Assembly: GCF_035276945.1 (NCBI RefSeq)
Contig: NZ_DATELF010000096.1
Span: forward strand, 24,933 to 88,932
DNA: 64,000 bases
Direction of reading: 5' to 3'
Source of the DNA: Amycolatopsis sp.
GTDB lineage: Bacteria > Actinomycetota > Actinomycetes > Mycobacteriales > Pseudonocardiaceae
Notes under the pieces: generated by a model
What the model was told of the DNA's origin: nothing
Databases searched by the model: none
Seen by the model: the letters and a program-made list of their open reading frames with translations, nothing else
Made by a program: the position numbers and the translations under genes
Part shown: positions 27,678 through 36,913 of the stretch, piece by piece
Numbering within the stretch: the first letter of the stretch is position 1
Layout: each line of letters starts with the position of its first letter

Positions 27678-28744
27678 CGCTGTGCCTCCTTGACCGCGTT
27701 CTGGTAGGCCTCGGCCAGTTCCGGGTCGCGTTCGGCCAGCTTGTCGGCCAGCTCCGCGACGACGCGGCACTGCTTCACCGAGGCGTCGTCCTGCATCTTC
27801 CCGTCGATCATCACGGCGCCGGTGCCGTCACCCATCGCGTCGATCACCCGCTTGGCCCACGCGACGTCCTCGGGGGAGGGCGAAAAGACCTTCTTCGCGA
27901 TCTCGATCTGCGTCGGGTGCAGGCTCCACGCGCCCACGCACCCGAGCAGGAACGCGTTACGGAACTGGTCTTCGCAGGCCACGACATCGCGGATGTCACC
28001 GAACGGCCCGTAGTAGGGCAGGATCCCGTGCATCGCGCAGGCGTCGACCATCCGCGCCACCGTGTAGTGCCACAGGTCCTGTTGATAGGTGGTGCGCCCG
28101 GAGTGCAGGTCGTCGCCGACGGGGTCGGTGCGGACGAGGTAGCCGGGGTGACCGCCACCCACACGGGTGGTCTTCATCCGGCGACTCGCGGCCAGGTCGG
28201 CGGGGCCGAGCGAGATGCCCTGCATCCGGGGGCTGGCGCCGGCGATCTCCTCGACGTTCGCCACGCCACTCGCGGTCTCCAGAATGGCGTGCACCAGTAG
28301 TGGTCGCCGCAGCCCCGCGCGCGCCTCCAACTGCGCGAGCAGGCGGTCCACGTAATGAATGTCCTGTGCGCCTTCGACCTTGGGCACCATGATCACGTCG
28401 AGCTTGTCGCCGATCTCGGTGACCAGGGTGATCAGGTCGTCGAGTACCCAGGGCGAGTCGAGGCTGTTGACGCGCGTCCACAGCTGGGTGCCGCCGAAGT
28501 CCGTGGTCTTCGCGACCTCCACCAGGCCTTGGCGGGCGGCTTCCTTGCGGTCGGCGCGTACGGCGTCTTCGAGGTTGCCGAGCAGCACATCGACCTTCTT
28601 GGCCAGGTCGGGCAGCTTGGCGATCATCTTCTCGTTACCGGGGTCGAAGAAGTGGATCATCCTGGAGGGCAGCGCCGGGATTTCCCGGACCGGCTCCGGG
28701 GCGCCGACGGCGAGGGGCGCGAAGAAGTCCTTCGGCGAGCGCAT
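27674..28744 (-). CDS. L-malyl-CoA/beta-methylmalyl-CoA lyase-like protein
   Basis: 356 aa with long stretches resembling my recollection of Chloroflexus Mcl: [86 protein letters not shown] and [10 protein letters not shown]. Confidence 0.8.
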   Translation of the reverse strand: MRSPKDFFAPLAVGAPEPVREIPALPSRMIHFFDPGNEKMIAKLPDLAKKVDVLLGNLEDAVRADRKEAARQGLVEVAKTTDFGGTQLWTRVNSLDSPWVLDDLITLVTEIGDKLDVIMVPKVEGAQDIHYVDRLLAQLEARAGLRRPLLVHAILETASGVANVEEIAGASPRMQGISLGPADLAASRRMKTTRVGGGHPGYLVRTDPVGDDLHSGRTTYQQDLWHYTVARMVDACAMHGILPYYGPFGDIRDVVACEDQFRNAFLLGCVGAWSLHPTQIEIAKKVFSPSPEDVAWAKRVIDAMGDGTGAVMIDGKMQDDASVKQCRVVAELADKLAERDPELAEAYQNAVKEAQR

Positions 28745-28838
28745 CGATGCCTCCCTTTCAGTACCAGTTCAGTACCAGCGAGGAACCCTAGCTTGGCATG
28801 GATGGGAACCGCTGCGGCGAAGCTCACCTCCCAGGAGG

Positions 28839-30632
28839 GTGAAGTTGGCGGGTTTCACCGAACTCAGGCCTCTGGGTGAAGGCGGGTTCGGCCGGGTGGT
28901 GCTCGCGCGGCACGACGCGTCGGGCACGCCGGTCGCGGTCAAGTACCTGTTCAAGCGGTATCTCACCGATCCGGTGCGGCTGGCCGAGTTCCGGCGCGAG
29001 GCCGAGATGCTGCGCCGGGTGTCGAGCGCGCACATCAGCCGGCTCTATGAATTCGTCGAGACTCCCGAGGGCGCGGCGATCGTCATGGAGGCGGTTCGCG
29101 GCGTCCCGTTGCGCGAGGTACTGCTGGTCGACGGGAGGCTGGCGCCCGAGTCGGCGCTGGCCGTCCTGAAGGGGTCACTGCTGGGGTTGGCCGACGCGCA
29201 CCGGGCCGGCGTCGTGCACCGGGACTACAAACCCGGCAACGTGCTCGTCGGCCCCGATCGGGAGAGCAAGCTGGTCGACTTCGGCATCGCCATGCTGGCG
29301 GGTGAGGCCGGGGCCCCGGTCGGCACTCCCGCCTATATGGCACCGGAGCAGTGGCGCGGTGGACCGGCCACGCCCGCGACCGACGTCTACGCCGCCACCT
29401 GTGTGTTCTTTCTCGGTGTCACCGGTGCGCGGCCGTACGCCGCCGAGGATCTTCAGCTGCTGCGGGAAGCGCACGAGCAGGCACCGATCCCGGTCGGGCA
29501 GGTACCGGAACCGGTCCGTGCACTCGTTGCCCGTGGCCTGGCGAAGACCCCGGAAGGGCGGCCCGCCGGTGCCGAGGAATTCGTTCGTGAGCTCGAGATT
29601 GCGGCGGTCGCGGGTTACGGCGCGGACTGGGAGGACCGCGGGCTGGCACGGTTGGCGCAGCGCGCCGGGGTGCTGCTCGCGCTCTCACCGTTGGCCCTGC
29701 TGGGTGTGGGGACGGCGGCAGCGCCAGGGGTGGGCGCGGCGGCCGGTGCCGCGACTGCCGGGACGGCCGGTGCCGGGACTGCCGGTGCCGGCACAGCGGG
29801 TACCGCGGCCGGAGTCGCGGTCGGCGCCAAGGTCGGGGCGATCGTCGCGGGGGTCGTCGCTGTCGCCGGGATCGCCGCCGCCGTGGTCGTCGCGACGGAC
29901 AGCGGCGACAGTCCACCTCGGGCCGCCGCGCCGGCCTCGACCGTGCGGCCGGTCACGCTGGCGGTGAACACCGCGACCAGGACCGAGCGCGACACGTACC
30001 CCGACTTCGATGTCAGCGCGCAGTATGTGCGGGTGTCGGGGATGAGCGATCCGGCGGCCGAAAAGCGGGTGAACGACGCGCTCATGGCTCCCTTGGACGA
30101 CTGGATCGCCTACGTCCGTGCGGGCACACTCGGGCCCGAGCCCGGCGGCGGGATTCCGCATGTGCACAACGAGGTTCGGATCGACCGCCAGGACGGCAAG
30201 GTGCTGTCCGTGCGCTACCTGCTCACCGTGGACTCCAGCCAGTTCGGCAATCACGGTGCGGCCACGATCAAGACGGTCAACGTCGACCTCGCCAACGGCG
30301 GCGTGGTGACCGCGAAGGATGTCTTCGCACTGCGCGACCAGGGTGACGTAACCCGGTTGGAGCAGCGAATCCGCGCGCACGCGCCCAATGGATATTGCGA
30401 AGGAACCGAGCCGATCGAGCCCGAACGTGCGCTTCGACTCGAGGATTTGGCGCCGTACACACCAGGTGGTTCACCCGTTGTCCAGATCGAATTCACTTCG
30501 GAGGGCGTGAGGTTCGGCATCGCCGCCTCGGCACTGGGCTACCCGATGGCCTGCGATTACCAGGAGCTTCTGGTTCCTTACCCCGAGGTCGCCGATTTGT
30601 TGAGTCCGCAAGGGCGAACACTGCTACCATGA
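28839..30632 (+). CDS. Ser/Thr protein kinase with Ala/Gly-rich TM region and an RsiV-like (DUF4163/DUF3298-type) extracellular domain
   Basis: The kinase motifs are GEGGFGRV, VAVK, HRDYKPGN, DFG and APEQ. GTG at 28839 follows a GGAGGG RBS. The C-terminal ~230 aa (YPDFDVSAQYVRVSGMSDPAAEKRVNDAL...) resemble the DUF3298 fold family. Confidence 0.85.
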   Translation: MKLAGFTELRPLGEGGFGRVVLARHDASGTPVAVKYLFKRYLTDPVRLAEFRREAEMLRRVSSAHISRLYEFVETPEGAAIVMEAVRGVPLREVLLVDGRLAPESALAVLKGSLLGLADAHRAGVVHRDYKPGNVLVGPDRESKLVDFGIAMLAGEAGAPVGTPAYMAPEQWRGGPATPATDVYAATCVFFLGVTGARPYAAEDLQLLREAHEQAPIPVGQVPEPVRALVARGLAKTPEGRPAGAEEFVRELEIAAVAGYGADWEDRGLARLAQRAGVLLALSPLALLGVGTAAAPGVGAAAGAATAGTAGAGTAGAGTAGTAAGVAVGAKVGAIVAGVVAVAGIAAAVVVATDSGDSPPRAAAPASTVRPVTLAVNTATRTERDTYPDFDVSAQYVRVSGMSDPAAEKRVNDALMAPLDDWIAYVRAGTLGPEPGGGIPHVHNEVRIDRQDGKVLSVRYLLTVDSSQFGNHGAATIKTVNVDLANGGVVTAKDVFALRDQGDVTRLEQRIRAHAPNGYCEGTEPIEPERALRLEDLAPYTPGGSPVVQIEFTSEGVRFGIAASALGYPMACDYQELLVPYPEVADLLSPQGRTLLP

Positions 30633-30907
30633 TCGTCCTAAATGGACATTGCTGGAATCTGCTCCGTTCGGGGTACGGCACCCCAACGTGTAACGCCGTT
30701 CAGCCTGATCTCACCCGTTCGGTGGCAGGGTCGGGCTGAAGTCCATTGACCGCTTATCGACCGGTCACCGACCGTTGGCTGCCGCCGATCGCAGGCCGTG
30801 CTTTTACCCGGAGACCACGACCGCCGCCACTGGTACTCAATTCATGTGCCTCTTTTCACGAGGCGCGAAACGCAGGGGAGCCAGGGCGCGAACAAGGAGG
30901 CGGACTC

Positions 30908-31537
30908 GTGGCGGTGACACCAGGGCACACCGGCGACGCGGTGGTGACCGGCCGATTTCCCACTCGTGTGGTGCCGCCCGTCGAACTTCCGGCGAGTACC
31001 TCCTTCCTGGCCGGCGAGGCCGCCGCGCGGCTCGGCTGGACCGGGGTCGTGCTGCCCGAGGTGACGATGCTCGGCCGCAAGGTGTGCGTGGTCGCGCGGC
31101 TGCGGACCGACGTGCACGCCGAGCGGATCGCCGTCGGCACCGGCCCGGTCACCGACCGTGCCACCGTGGCGACCTGGATCTGGCCCGAGTTCGCCGCCAC
31201 GGCCCCCGAACCCGCCGCGGAGATCGTCGGCGTGCTCGCCGTCGCCCGGCACTGGCGCACCGCGATGGCCTCGGCCGTGCCGTTCGCCCGCTACGGCGAC
31301 GCGGCGCTGGTGCTGCCCACCTCGGCGATGCTGAACCGCGACTACGTGGACAACTGCCTGCCGAGGGCGCGCGCCCACGGCATCGGGATCGTTTCCGCCG
31401 ACGCGGACGCGATCGTCGAGAAGGACCTGGAGGGCCGTCCCGAACGCCTGATGATGGCGGAGGACGCCGTGTCCCGGTGGATGAACGAGATGGTCTACGA
31501 GCAACTGCTCGCGTCCTACGACCTTCCGGTGGCATAA
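30908..31537 (+). CDS. Hypothetical protein (209 aa)
   Basis: High-GC3 ORF. GTG at 30908 is preceded by AAGGAGG at 30894-30900. I recognise no family. Confidence 0.6.
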   Translation: MAVTPGHTGDAVVTGRFPTRVVPPVELPASTSFLAGEAAARLGWTGVVLPEVTMLGRKVCVVARLRTDVHAERIAVGTGPVTDRATVATWIWPEFAATAPEPAAEIVGVLAVARHWRTAMASAVPFARYGDAALVLPTSAMLNRDYVDNCLPRARAHGIGIVSADADAIVEKDLEGRPERLMMAEDAVSRWMNEMVYEQLLASYDLPVA

Positions 31538-31551
31538 GTACAGTCACTTCT

Positions 31552-32202
31552 ATGCGAGTGGTGATTGCGGGTGGGCACGGCAAGGTCGCGTTGCGGATCG
31601 AGCGTGTGCTGGCGGCGAACGGCGATCACGCGATCGGCATCATCCGGAACGTGGGTCAGGCCGGTGATCTGCGGGATTCCAGCGCCGAGCCGGTGGTGCT
31701 CGATCTGGAAAGCGCCGAGGTGGCCGAAGTCGCCGAGGTTCTGCGGGGCGCCGACGCCGCGGTCTTCGCCGCCGGCGCGGGGCCTGGCAGCGGCATCGCC
31801 CGGAAGGACACCGTGGATCGTGGCGCGGCGGCGTTGTTCGCCGAGGCCGCCGAGCGCGCGGGGGTCCGCCGGCACATCCAGATCGGCTCGATGGGGGTGG
31901 ACCGTCCACCTCGCCCTGACACCGATGACGTCTTCGCCGCCTACTTACGGGCGAAGAAGGCCGCCGAGGACGACCTGCGCAAACGCGACCTCGACTGGAC
32001 AATCCTCCGCCCTGGCCGGTTGATTGACGAACCCGGCACCGGCGAGATTCACCTCGCCGACACCGTCGACTACGGCGAGGTGCCGCGTGATGACGTCGCC
32101 GTCGTCGTGGTGGCGGTGCTGGAGGAAGGCCGCACCTTCCACCGGACGCTGGAACTGGTGTCGGGGAACACGCCGGTCGACGAAGCGATCGCCCGGCTCT
32201 GA
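31552..32202 (+). CDS. NAD(P)H-binding (atypical SDR / NmrA-like) protein
   Basis: Begins MRVVIAGGHGKVA, a Rossmann glycine motif. It also has the LRPG..ID.PGTG pattern typical of NAD(P)-bd_dom proteins. Confidence 0.8.
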   Translation: MRVVIAGGHGKVALRIERVLAANGDHAIGIIRNVGQAGDLRDSSAEPVVLDLESAEVAEVAEVLRGADAAVFAAGAGPGSGIARKDTVDRGAAALFAEAAERAGVRRHIQIGSMGVDRPPRPDTDDVFAAYLRAKKAAEDDLRKRDLDWTILRPGRLIDEPGTGEIHLADTVDYGEVPRDDVAVVVVAVLEEGRTFHRTLELVSGNTPVDEAIARL

Positions 32203-32205
32203 CCG

Positions 32206-33519
32206 CTACTGGGAACCAGCCGGCCCCAGCACCCGGTCGAGGTATGCGTTGCTGAACACACCCGCCGGGTCCACCTCCTTGCGGACGCGCAGGAAGTCGT
32301 CGAAATGTGGGTACAGCTTGGCGAGCGCGACGGCGTCGAGGTCGTGCATCTTGCCCCAGTGCGGCCGCCCGCCCACCTCGGCGACGATCGAGGCGAAACC
32401 GGCGAAGTACTCCCGATAGGGCATGCCGACGAACTGGTGGATCGCGATGTACGCCGAATCGCGCCCCTGTGCGGTGGACAGCCAGATGTCGTCGGCGGCC
32501 GCGACGCGGACTTCAACCGGAAAGGTGACCGGTTGCTCCAGCCGCGGGACCAGCGCGCGCAGCTCCCGGAGCACGTCCCGCAGCGACTCGCGGGGGATCG
32601 CGAACTCCGATTCGACGAACCGGACGCCGCGATGGGTCACGAACACGCGATGTGACACATCGCTGTACTCGCGGGCGGAGAGCACGGCGGACGCGAACTT
32701 GCCCAGCGGGCGCACCAGACGGGGGACCGTGCGGCCGATCCGGCACAGCGCGCCGAACGCGACGTTCTCCATGATCTCGTAGTCGAGGAACTGCCTTGCC
32801 TTGCTCAACGGCTTTCGTTCGGCACCTGCCGGAAGCCGGTTGTTGCGCTTGACCAGGGCGTTCTTCCCGTACGGGAACCAGTAGAACTCGAAGTGGTCAT
32901 TCTCCTGAGTGAACTCGTCGAAGCCCTCCAGCACCTGTTCGAGTGGCTCCGGCCGCTCCTGGGCGGACAGCACGAAGGCCGGCTCGCACTGCAGGGTGAC
33001 GTGGGTGATGACGCCGAGCGCGCCGAGGCCGACCCGGGCGGCGTGGAACAGTTCGGGCCGCTGGTCCGGCGAGCAGGTGGCCACCGAACCATCGGCCAGC
33101 ACGAGTTCGAGCCGCGCGATCTGGGTCGAGATGCCGCCGAACCGGGCGCCCGTGCCGTGGGTACCGGTCGACACCGCGCCCGCAATCGTTTGCGCGTCGA
33201 TATCGCCCAGGTTTGTCATGGCCAGGCCAAGCGCGTCGAGTTCGGCGTTCAGGCGGTGCAGCGGCGTGCCCGAGCGCACGGCGACCCGCCTGGTTTCCGC
33301 GTCGACCGCCGCGATTCCGGTCCACGCGCCGAGGTCGATCGCGTCCGAGTCGCCCGCCGCGATGGCGGTGAACGAGTGCCCACTGCCCCGCGCCCGCACC
33401 CGTCGGCCGTTGACCGCGACGTCGGCGACCACCTTGGCGATTTCGGCCACGCTCCGCGGCGTGTGCACCCGCCGCGGGTCGGCACTCGCCGTACCGGCCC
33501 AGTTCGTCCAGCCGCTCAT
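32206..33519 (-). CDS. FAD-linked oxidase, D-arabinono-1,4-lactone/L-gulonolactone oxidase family
   Basis: Begins MSGWTNWAGTASADP and has a GSGHSF FAD-binding PCMH motif. The C-terminal ALO domain shows HWGK and a FxN.YL-like tail. The upstream 317 codons of the track ORF overlap the divergent gene and are rejected. Confidence 0.85.
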   Translation of the reverse strand: MSGWTNWAGTASADPRRVHTPRSVAEIAKVVADVAVNGRRVRARGSGHSFTAIAAGDSDAIDLGAWTGIAAVDAETRRVAVRSGTPLHRLNAELDALGLAMTNLGDIDAQTIAGAVSTGTHGTGARFGGISTQIARLELVLADGSVATCSPDQRPELFHAARVGLGALGVITHVTLQCEPAFVLSAQERPEPLEQVLEGFDEFTQENDHFEFYWFPYGKNALVKRNNRLPAGAERKPLSKARQFLDYEIMENVAFGALCRIGRTVPRLVRPLGKFASAVLSAREYSDVSHRVFVTHRGVRFVESEFAIPRESLRDVLRELRALVPRLEQPVTFPVEVRVAAADDIWLSTAQGRDSAYIAIHQFVGMPYREYFAGFASIVAEVGGRPHWGKMHDLDAVALAKLYPHFDDFLRVRKEVDPAGVFSNAYLDRVLGPAGSQ

Positions 33520-33603
33520 GGAGTCCACCTTGCCCAGATCCAGTGACGAAGAGTAAGTGAATCGTATTCGCGTTTCAATCCTGGTTGCCGTACCGTAACC
33601 CCC

Positions 33604-34785
33604 ATGACCACGCCGAACGGCTACGACCTGGCGACCAAGGACCTCGATCCACCGCTCGCGGTGGTCGACCTTGCCGCGTTCGACGCCAACGCCGAGGACC
33701 TCGCCCGGCGGGCGGCGAGCGTGCCGATCCGGGTCGTCAGCAAGTCCGTTCGCTGCCGGTACCTGATCGAACGGGCGCTCGGCAAGGCTGGTTTCAGCGG
33801 GTTGATGTGCTACTCGCTGCCCGAGGCGCTCTGGCACGCCGAGCACGGCACCAGCGACGACATCCTGGTGGCCTATCCCACCGTCGACCACGGCGCGCTG
33901 CGGAGCCTGGCGGCCGACGAGCGGGCCCGAGCGGCCGTCACCATCACGATCGACTCGACCGAGCACCTGGACATCGTGGATGCCGCGGCCGGGCACGACC
34001 ATCCGGAGATCCGGATCTGCCTCGAGCTCGACTCGTCGTGGCGCCCGCTGCCGATGGTGCACGTCGGCACTCGGCGTTCCCCGGTGTTCACCCCTCGCCA
34101 GGCGGCCGAGCTGGCCAGGAAGGTGGTGGCGCGCAAGGGTTTCCGGCTGGTCGGCCTGATGGGCTACGAGGGGCAGATCGCCGGGATCCCGGACGCCACC
34201 GGCAAGTTCACCGACGGGCTCGTGCGATGGATGCAGCGCCGGTCGGCCGCCGAACTCGTCGGCCGCCGGGCCGAGGCGGTCCGGCTGGTGCGGGCGGTCG
34301 CCGATCTCGAGTTCGTCAACGGCGGGGGCTCGGGCAGCATCGAAACCACTCGTGCCGAGGGTGCGGTCACGGAGGTCGCGGCGGGGTCCGGGCTGATCGG
34401 GTCCGGTTTGTTCGACGGCTATGCGCGGTTCCGTCCACGCCCGGCGGCGCTGTTCGCGCTGCCAGTTGTCCACAAGCCGAAGCGGGGAATCGCAACCCTG
34501 TTCGCCGGCGGCTACATCGCCTCCGGATCCGCGTCGAGGTCCCGTCTCCCGTCGCCGTATCTGCCCGCCGGGCTCAAGCTGATCGGGGTCGAGGGAGCCG
34601 GCGAGGTGCAGACCCCGGTTGTCGGTCGGGCGGCCCGTGACCTGCGGTTAGGCGATCGCGTCTGGTTCCGCCACGCGAAGGCGGGTGAACTCGCCGAACG
34701 GTTCACCGAATATCACCTTGTGGTGGATGGCCGGGTGGAGCGAGTGGTGCCGACCTACCGCGGTGAGGTGCGGAACTTCGGCTGA
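33604..34785 (+). CDS. Alanine-racemase-N-domain (fold-type III PLP) enzyme, D-serine/D-threonine deaminase-aldolase (DSD1) like
   Basis: It has PLAVVDLAAFDANAEDL and RVVSKS (PLP Lys), a TIM-barrel followed by a C-terminal beta domain. Length is 393 aa. Confidence 0.75.
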   Translation: MTTPNGYDLATKDLDPPLAVVDLAAFDANAEDLARRAASVPIRVVSKSVRCRYLIERALGKAGFSGLMCYSLPEALWHAEHGTSDDILVAYPTVDHGALRSLAADERARAAVTITIDSTEHLDIVDAAAGHDHPEIRICLELDSSWRPLPMVHVGTRRSPVFTPRQAAELARKVVARKGFRLVGLMGYEGQIAGIPDATGKFTDGLVRWMQRRSAAELVGRRAEAVRLVRAVADLEFVNGGGSGSIETTRAEGAVTEVAAGSGLIGSGLFDGYARFRPRPAALFALPVVHKPKRGIATLFAGGYIASGSASRSRLPSPYLPAGLKLIGVEGAGEVQTPVVGRAARDLRLGDRVWFRHAKAGELAERFTEYHLVVDGRVERVVPTYRGEVRNFG

Positions 34786-34796
34786 TCGACGGAGAG

Positions 34797-34819
34797 TTGT
34801 CCACAGGCCCTGTGGATTA
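34797..34819. promoter_or_regulatory. Converging DnaA-box pair: TTGTCCACA (34797-34805) and TGTGGATTA (34811-34819, complement TAATCCACA)
   Basis: Read directly from the sequence. The pair forms the 17-bp palindrome TCCACAGG-C-CCTGTGGA (34800-34816) in the convergent gap between the DSD1-like gene and tetR. Confidence 0.45.
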
Positions 34820-34893
34820 GTCCGAGTTCGAAGCCGCCCTGCGCGCGGGCCCCGATCGTGGGCAGAAAGCCGGTAAAGCCGGTCAAGCACTGC

Positions 34894-35517
34894 CTACTCG
34901 CCGAGGCGGTTGGCCAGGTAGCCCTTGATCAGGAACTTGGTCTCGCCGACGATCTCCGGATCGCCCTGCGGGTCGTCGGCGAAGGCGAGTTTCAACAGCG
35001 CGTCCGCCACCTCGATGGCGATGGTCATCGCCATCGACAGCTTCTCGCCCGGATTCTCCACGTACTTGCGCACCAGGTCGGTCAGCGAATCCGCGATGAC
35101 CTTGTTGTTGTCGCGGCTTTCGTCGAGTAGTTGCCGGTCGACCACGTCTCCGAAGTGGACCTTGGAGAATGCGGGCACCTCCCGATGCATGTGCAGGTAG
35201 ATGTCGAGCACCGAGTCCACCACGTCCCACCAGTGCCGCGGGTCCTCGCTGGCCAGCCGTCCGCTGACCGCCGCCAGGAACCGGTCCACGTTGCGCTGGG
35301 TCAGTGCCTGCACGACGGCCCGTTTGTCCGGGAAGAACTGGTAGAGCGAACCGACCGCGACGCCCGCTCGCTTGGCGATCAGGGTGGTGGTCAACGCGTC
35401 GTAGCCGACCTCGTCGATCAACTGCGCGCTCGCGTCCAGCATCTGCTCGACCCGCTTGGCGCTACGTTGCTGCACGGGTTGTCGGCGAAGCGGGGTGGTC
35501 GCCTGAGGTTCCGACAC
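34894..35517 (-). CDS. TetR/AcrR family transcriptional regulator
   Basis: N-terminal HTH (QRSAKRVEQMLDASAQLIDEVGYDALTTTLIAKRAGVAVGSLYQFF). Confidence 0.9.
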   Translation of the reverse strand: MSEPQATTPLRRQPVQQRSAKRVEQMLDASAQLIDEVGYDALTTTLIAKRAGVAVGSLYQFFPDKRAVVQALTQRNVDRFLAAVSGRLASEDPRHWWDVVDSVLDIYLHMHREVPAFSKVHFGDVVDRQLLDESRDNNKVIADSLTDLVRKYVENPGEKLSMAMTIAIEVADALLKLAFADDPQGDPEIVGETKFLIKGYLANRLGE

Positions 35518-35638
35518 GTGGTGCTCCTCCTAGTGCTCTGAACTGCGACTTTAGCGTGTCGAAGGCTTCCCCCCGGACGAGGGAACGGCTATCGTATGAG
35601 AAATTTTCACGTTTGGTGGGCGGAAGGGCGGGTCGCCG

Positions 35639-36913
35639 GTGCAGAACCTGGACTTTCCTGAAAACTTCCTTTGGGGCGTGTCGACCTCAGCCTTTCAGAT
35701 TGAAGGCGCGACGCGCGAGGATGGCCGCGGACTGTCCGTCTGGGACACCTTCGGGGAATCCGCCTATGTCGCCTGCGACCACTACCACCGCTACCCGGAG
35801 GACATCGCGCTGATGTCCGAACTGGGGGTCGGGGCGTACCGGATGTCCTTTGCGTGGCCCAGGATTCAGCCGGACGGGGTCGGGGTGCCCAACCCGAAGG
35901 GGGTCGCCTTCTACGACCGCCTGCTCGACGCGTTGTGCGAGGCGGACATCGCCCCGGTGGCCACTGTGTACCACTGGGACACCCCACAGGCGCTGGAAGA
36001 CGCCGGTGGCTGGCTGGTCAGGGACACCGCGGAACGCTTCGCCGAGTACACCGCGATCCTCGGCGCACATTTCGCCGATCGGGTGCGGATGTGGATCCCG
36101 ATCAACGAGCCGATGGTCACCACGGTCCACGGCTACGCGATCGGGGAGTACGCGCCGGGCAAGACGCTGCTGCTGGATGCCGTGCCGACGGCGCACTACC
36201 AGAACCTCGCGCACGGCCTGGCCGTTCAGGCCCTGCGGGCCGCGGGCGCGCGCAGTGTGGGTACCGCGAACCACCATTCACCGGTCTGGCCGGTGACCGG
36301 CAGCGAAGCCGACCGCGCGGCGGCGGTGTGGCTGGACGCCCTGCTCAACCGCCTGTTCGCCGATCCCGTCCTCCTGGGCGGCTATCCCGAGGAGATCGTC
36401 GAACACCTCCCCGAGGGGTACGTGGCCGATCTCCCCACGATCGCCCAGCCGCTCGACTTCTACGGCGTCAACTACTACGAGCCGCAGGCGGCCGCCGCTC
36501 CCGCCCCGGGCAACCCGCTGCCGTTCGAGTTACGCCCGATCGAGGGTTATCCGAGCACCACCAGTGATTCGGTGATCGTCCCGGACGCCCTACGTGACCT
36601 TCTTGTCGGCTTTCGGCAGAACTACGCCGACAAGCTGCCGCCGATCTACATCACCGAAAACGGGTGCAGTTTCGACGGCATCCACGATCCCGAGCGGATC
36701 GACTTCCTCGAACAGCACCTCCGCGCGGTGCGGAAGGCCATGGACGCGGGGGTGGACGTGCGCGGTTACTTCGTCTGGTCGCTGCTGGACAACTTCGAAT
36801 GGTCGAAGGGCTACGCCCCCCGCTTCGGTCTGGTGCACGTCGACTACGACACTCAGCGGCGGACCCCCAAGGATTCCTTCGCGTGGTACCAGAAGGTCGT
36901 GACCCATGAGTAG
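35639..36913 (+). CDS. GH1 family beta-glucosidase
   Basis: It has FLWGVSTSAFQIEG, NEP (acid/base Glu) and ITENG (nucleophile Glu). Confidence 0.9.
   Translation: MQNLDFPENFLWGVSTSAFQIEGATREDGRGLSVWDTFGESAYVACDHYHRYPEDIALMSELGVGAYRMSFAWPRIQPDGVGVPNPKGVAFYDRLLDALCEADIAPVATVYHWDTPQALEDAGGWLVRDTAERFAEYTAILGAHFADRVRMWIPINEPMVTTVHGYAIGEYAPGKTLLLDAVPTAHYQNLAHGLAVQALRAAGARSVGTANHHSPVWPVTGSEADRAAAVWLDALLNRLFADPVLLGGYPEEIVEHLPEGYVADLPTIAQPLDFYGVNYYEPQAAAAPAPGNPLPFELRPIEGYPSTTSDSVIVPDALRDLLVGFRQNYADKLPPIYITENGCSFDGIHDPERIDFLEQHLRAVRKAMDAGVDVRGYFVWSLLDNFEWSKGYAPRFGLVHVDYDTQRRTPKDSFAWYQKVVTHE

Noticed and set aside
28359-28838. N-terminal 160 codons of the 757-aa track ORF for the receptor kinase, overlapping the malyl-CoA lyase gene.
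   Set aside because: The kinase subdomain I (GEGGFGRV) lies just after GTG 28839, which has a GGAGGG RBS. The upstream codons are antisense to the lyase gene.
32206-34473. 755-aa track ORF extending the ALO-type oxidase upstream through the divergent DSD1-like gene.
   Set aside because: The FAD-oxidase homology starts at MSGWTNWAGT (33519). The upstream part is antisense to a well-supported + strand gene and is low-complexity.
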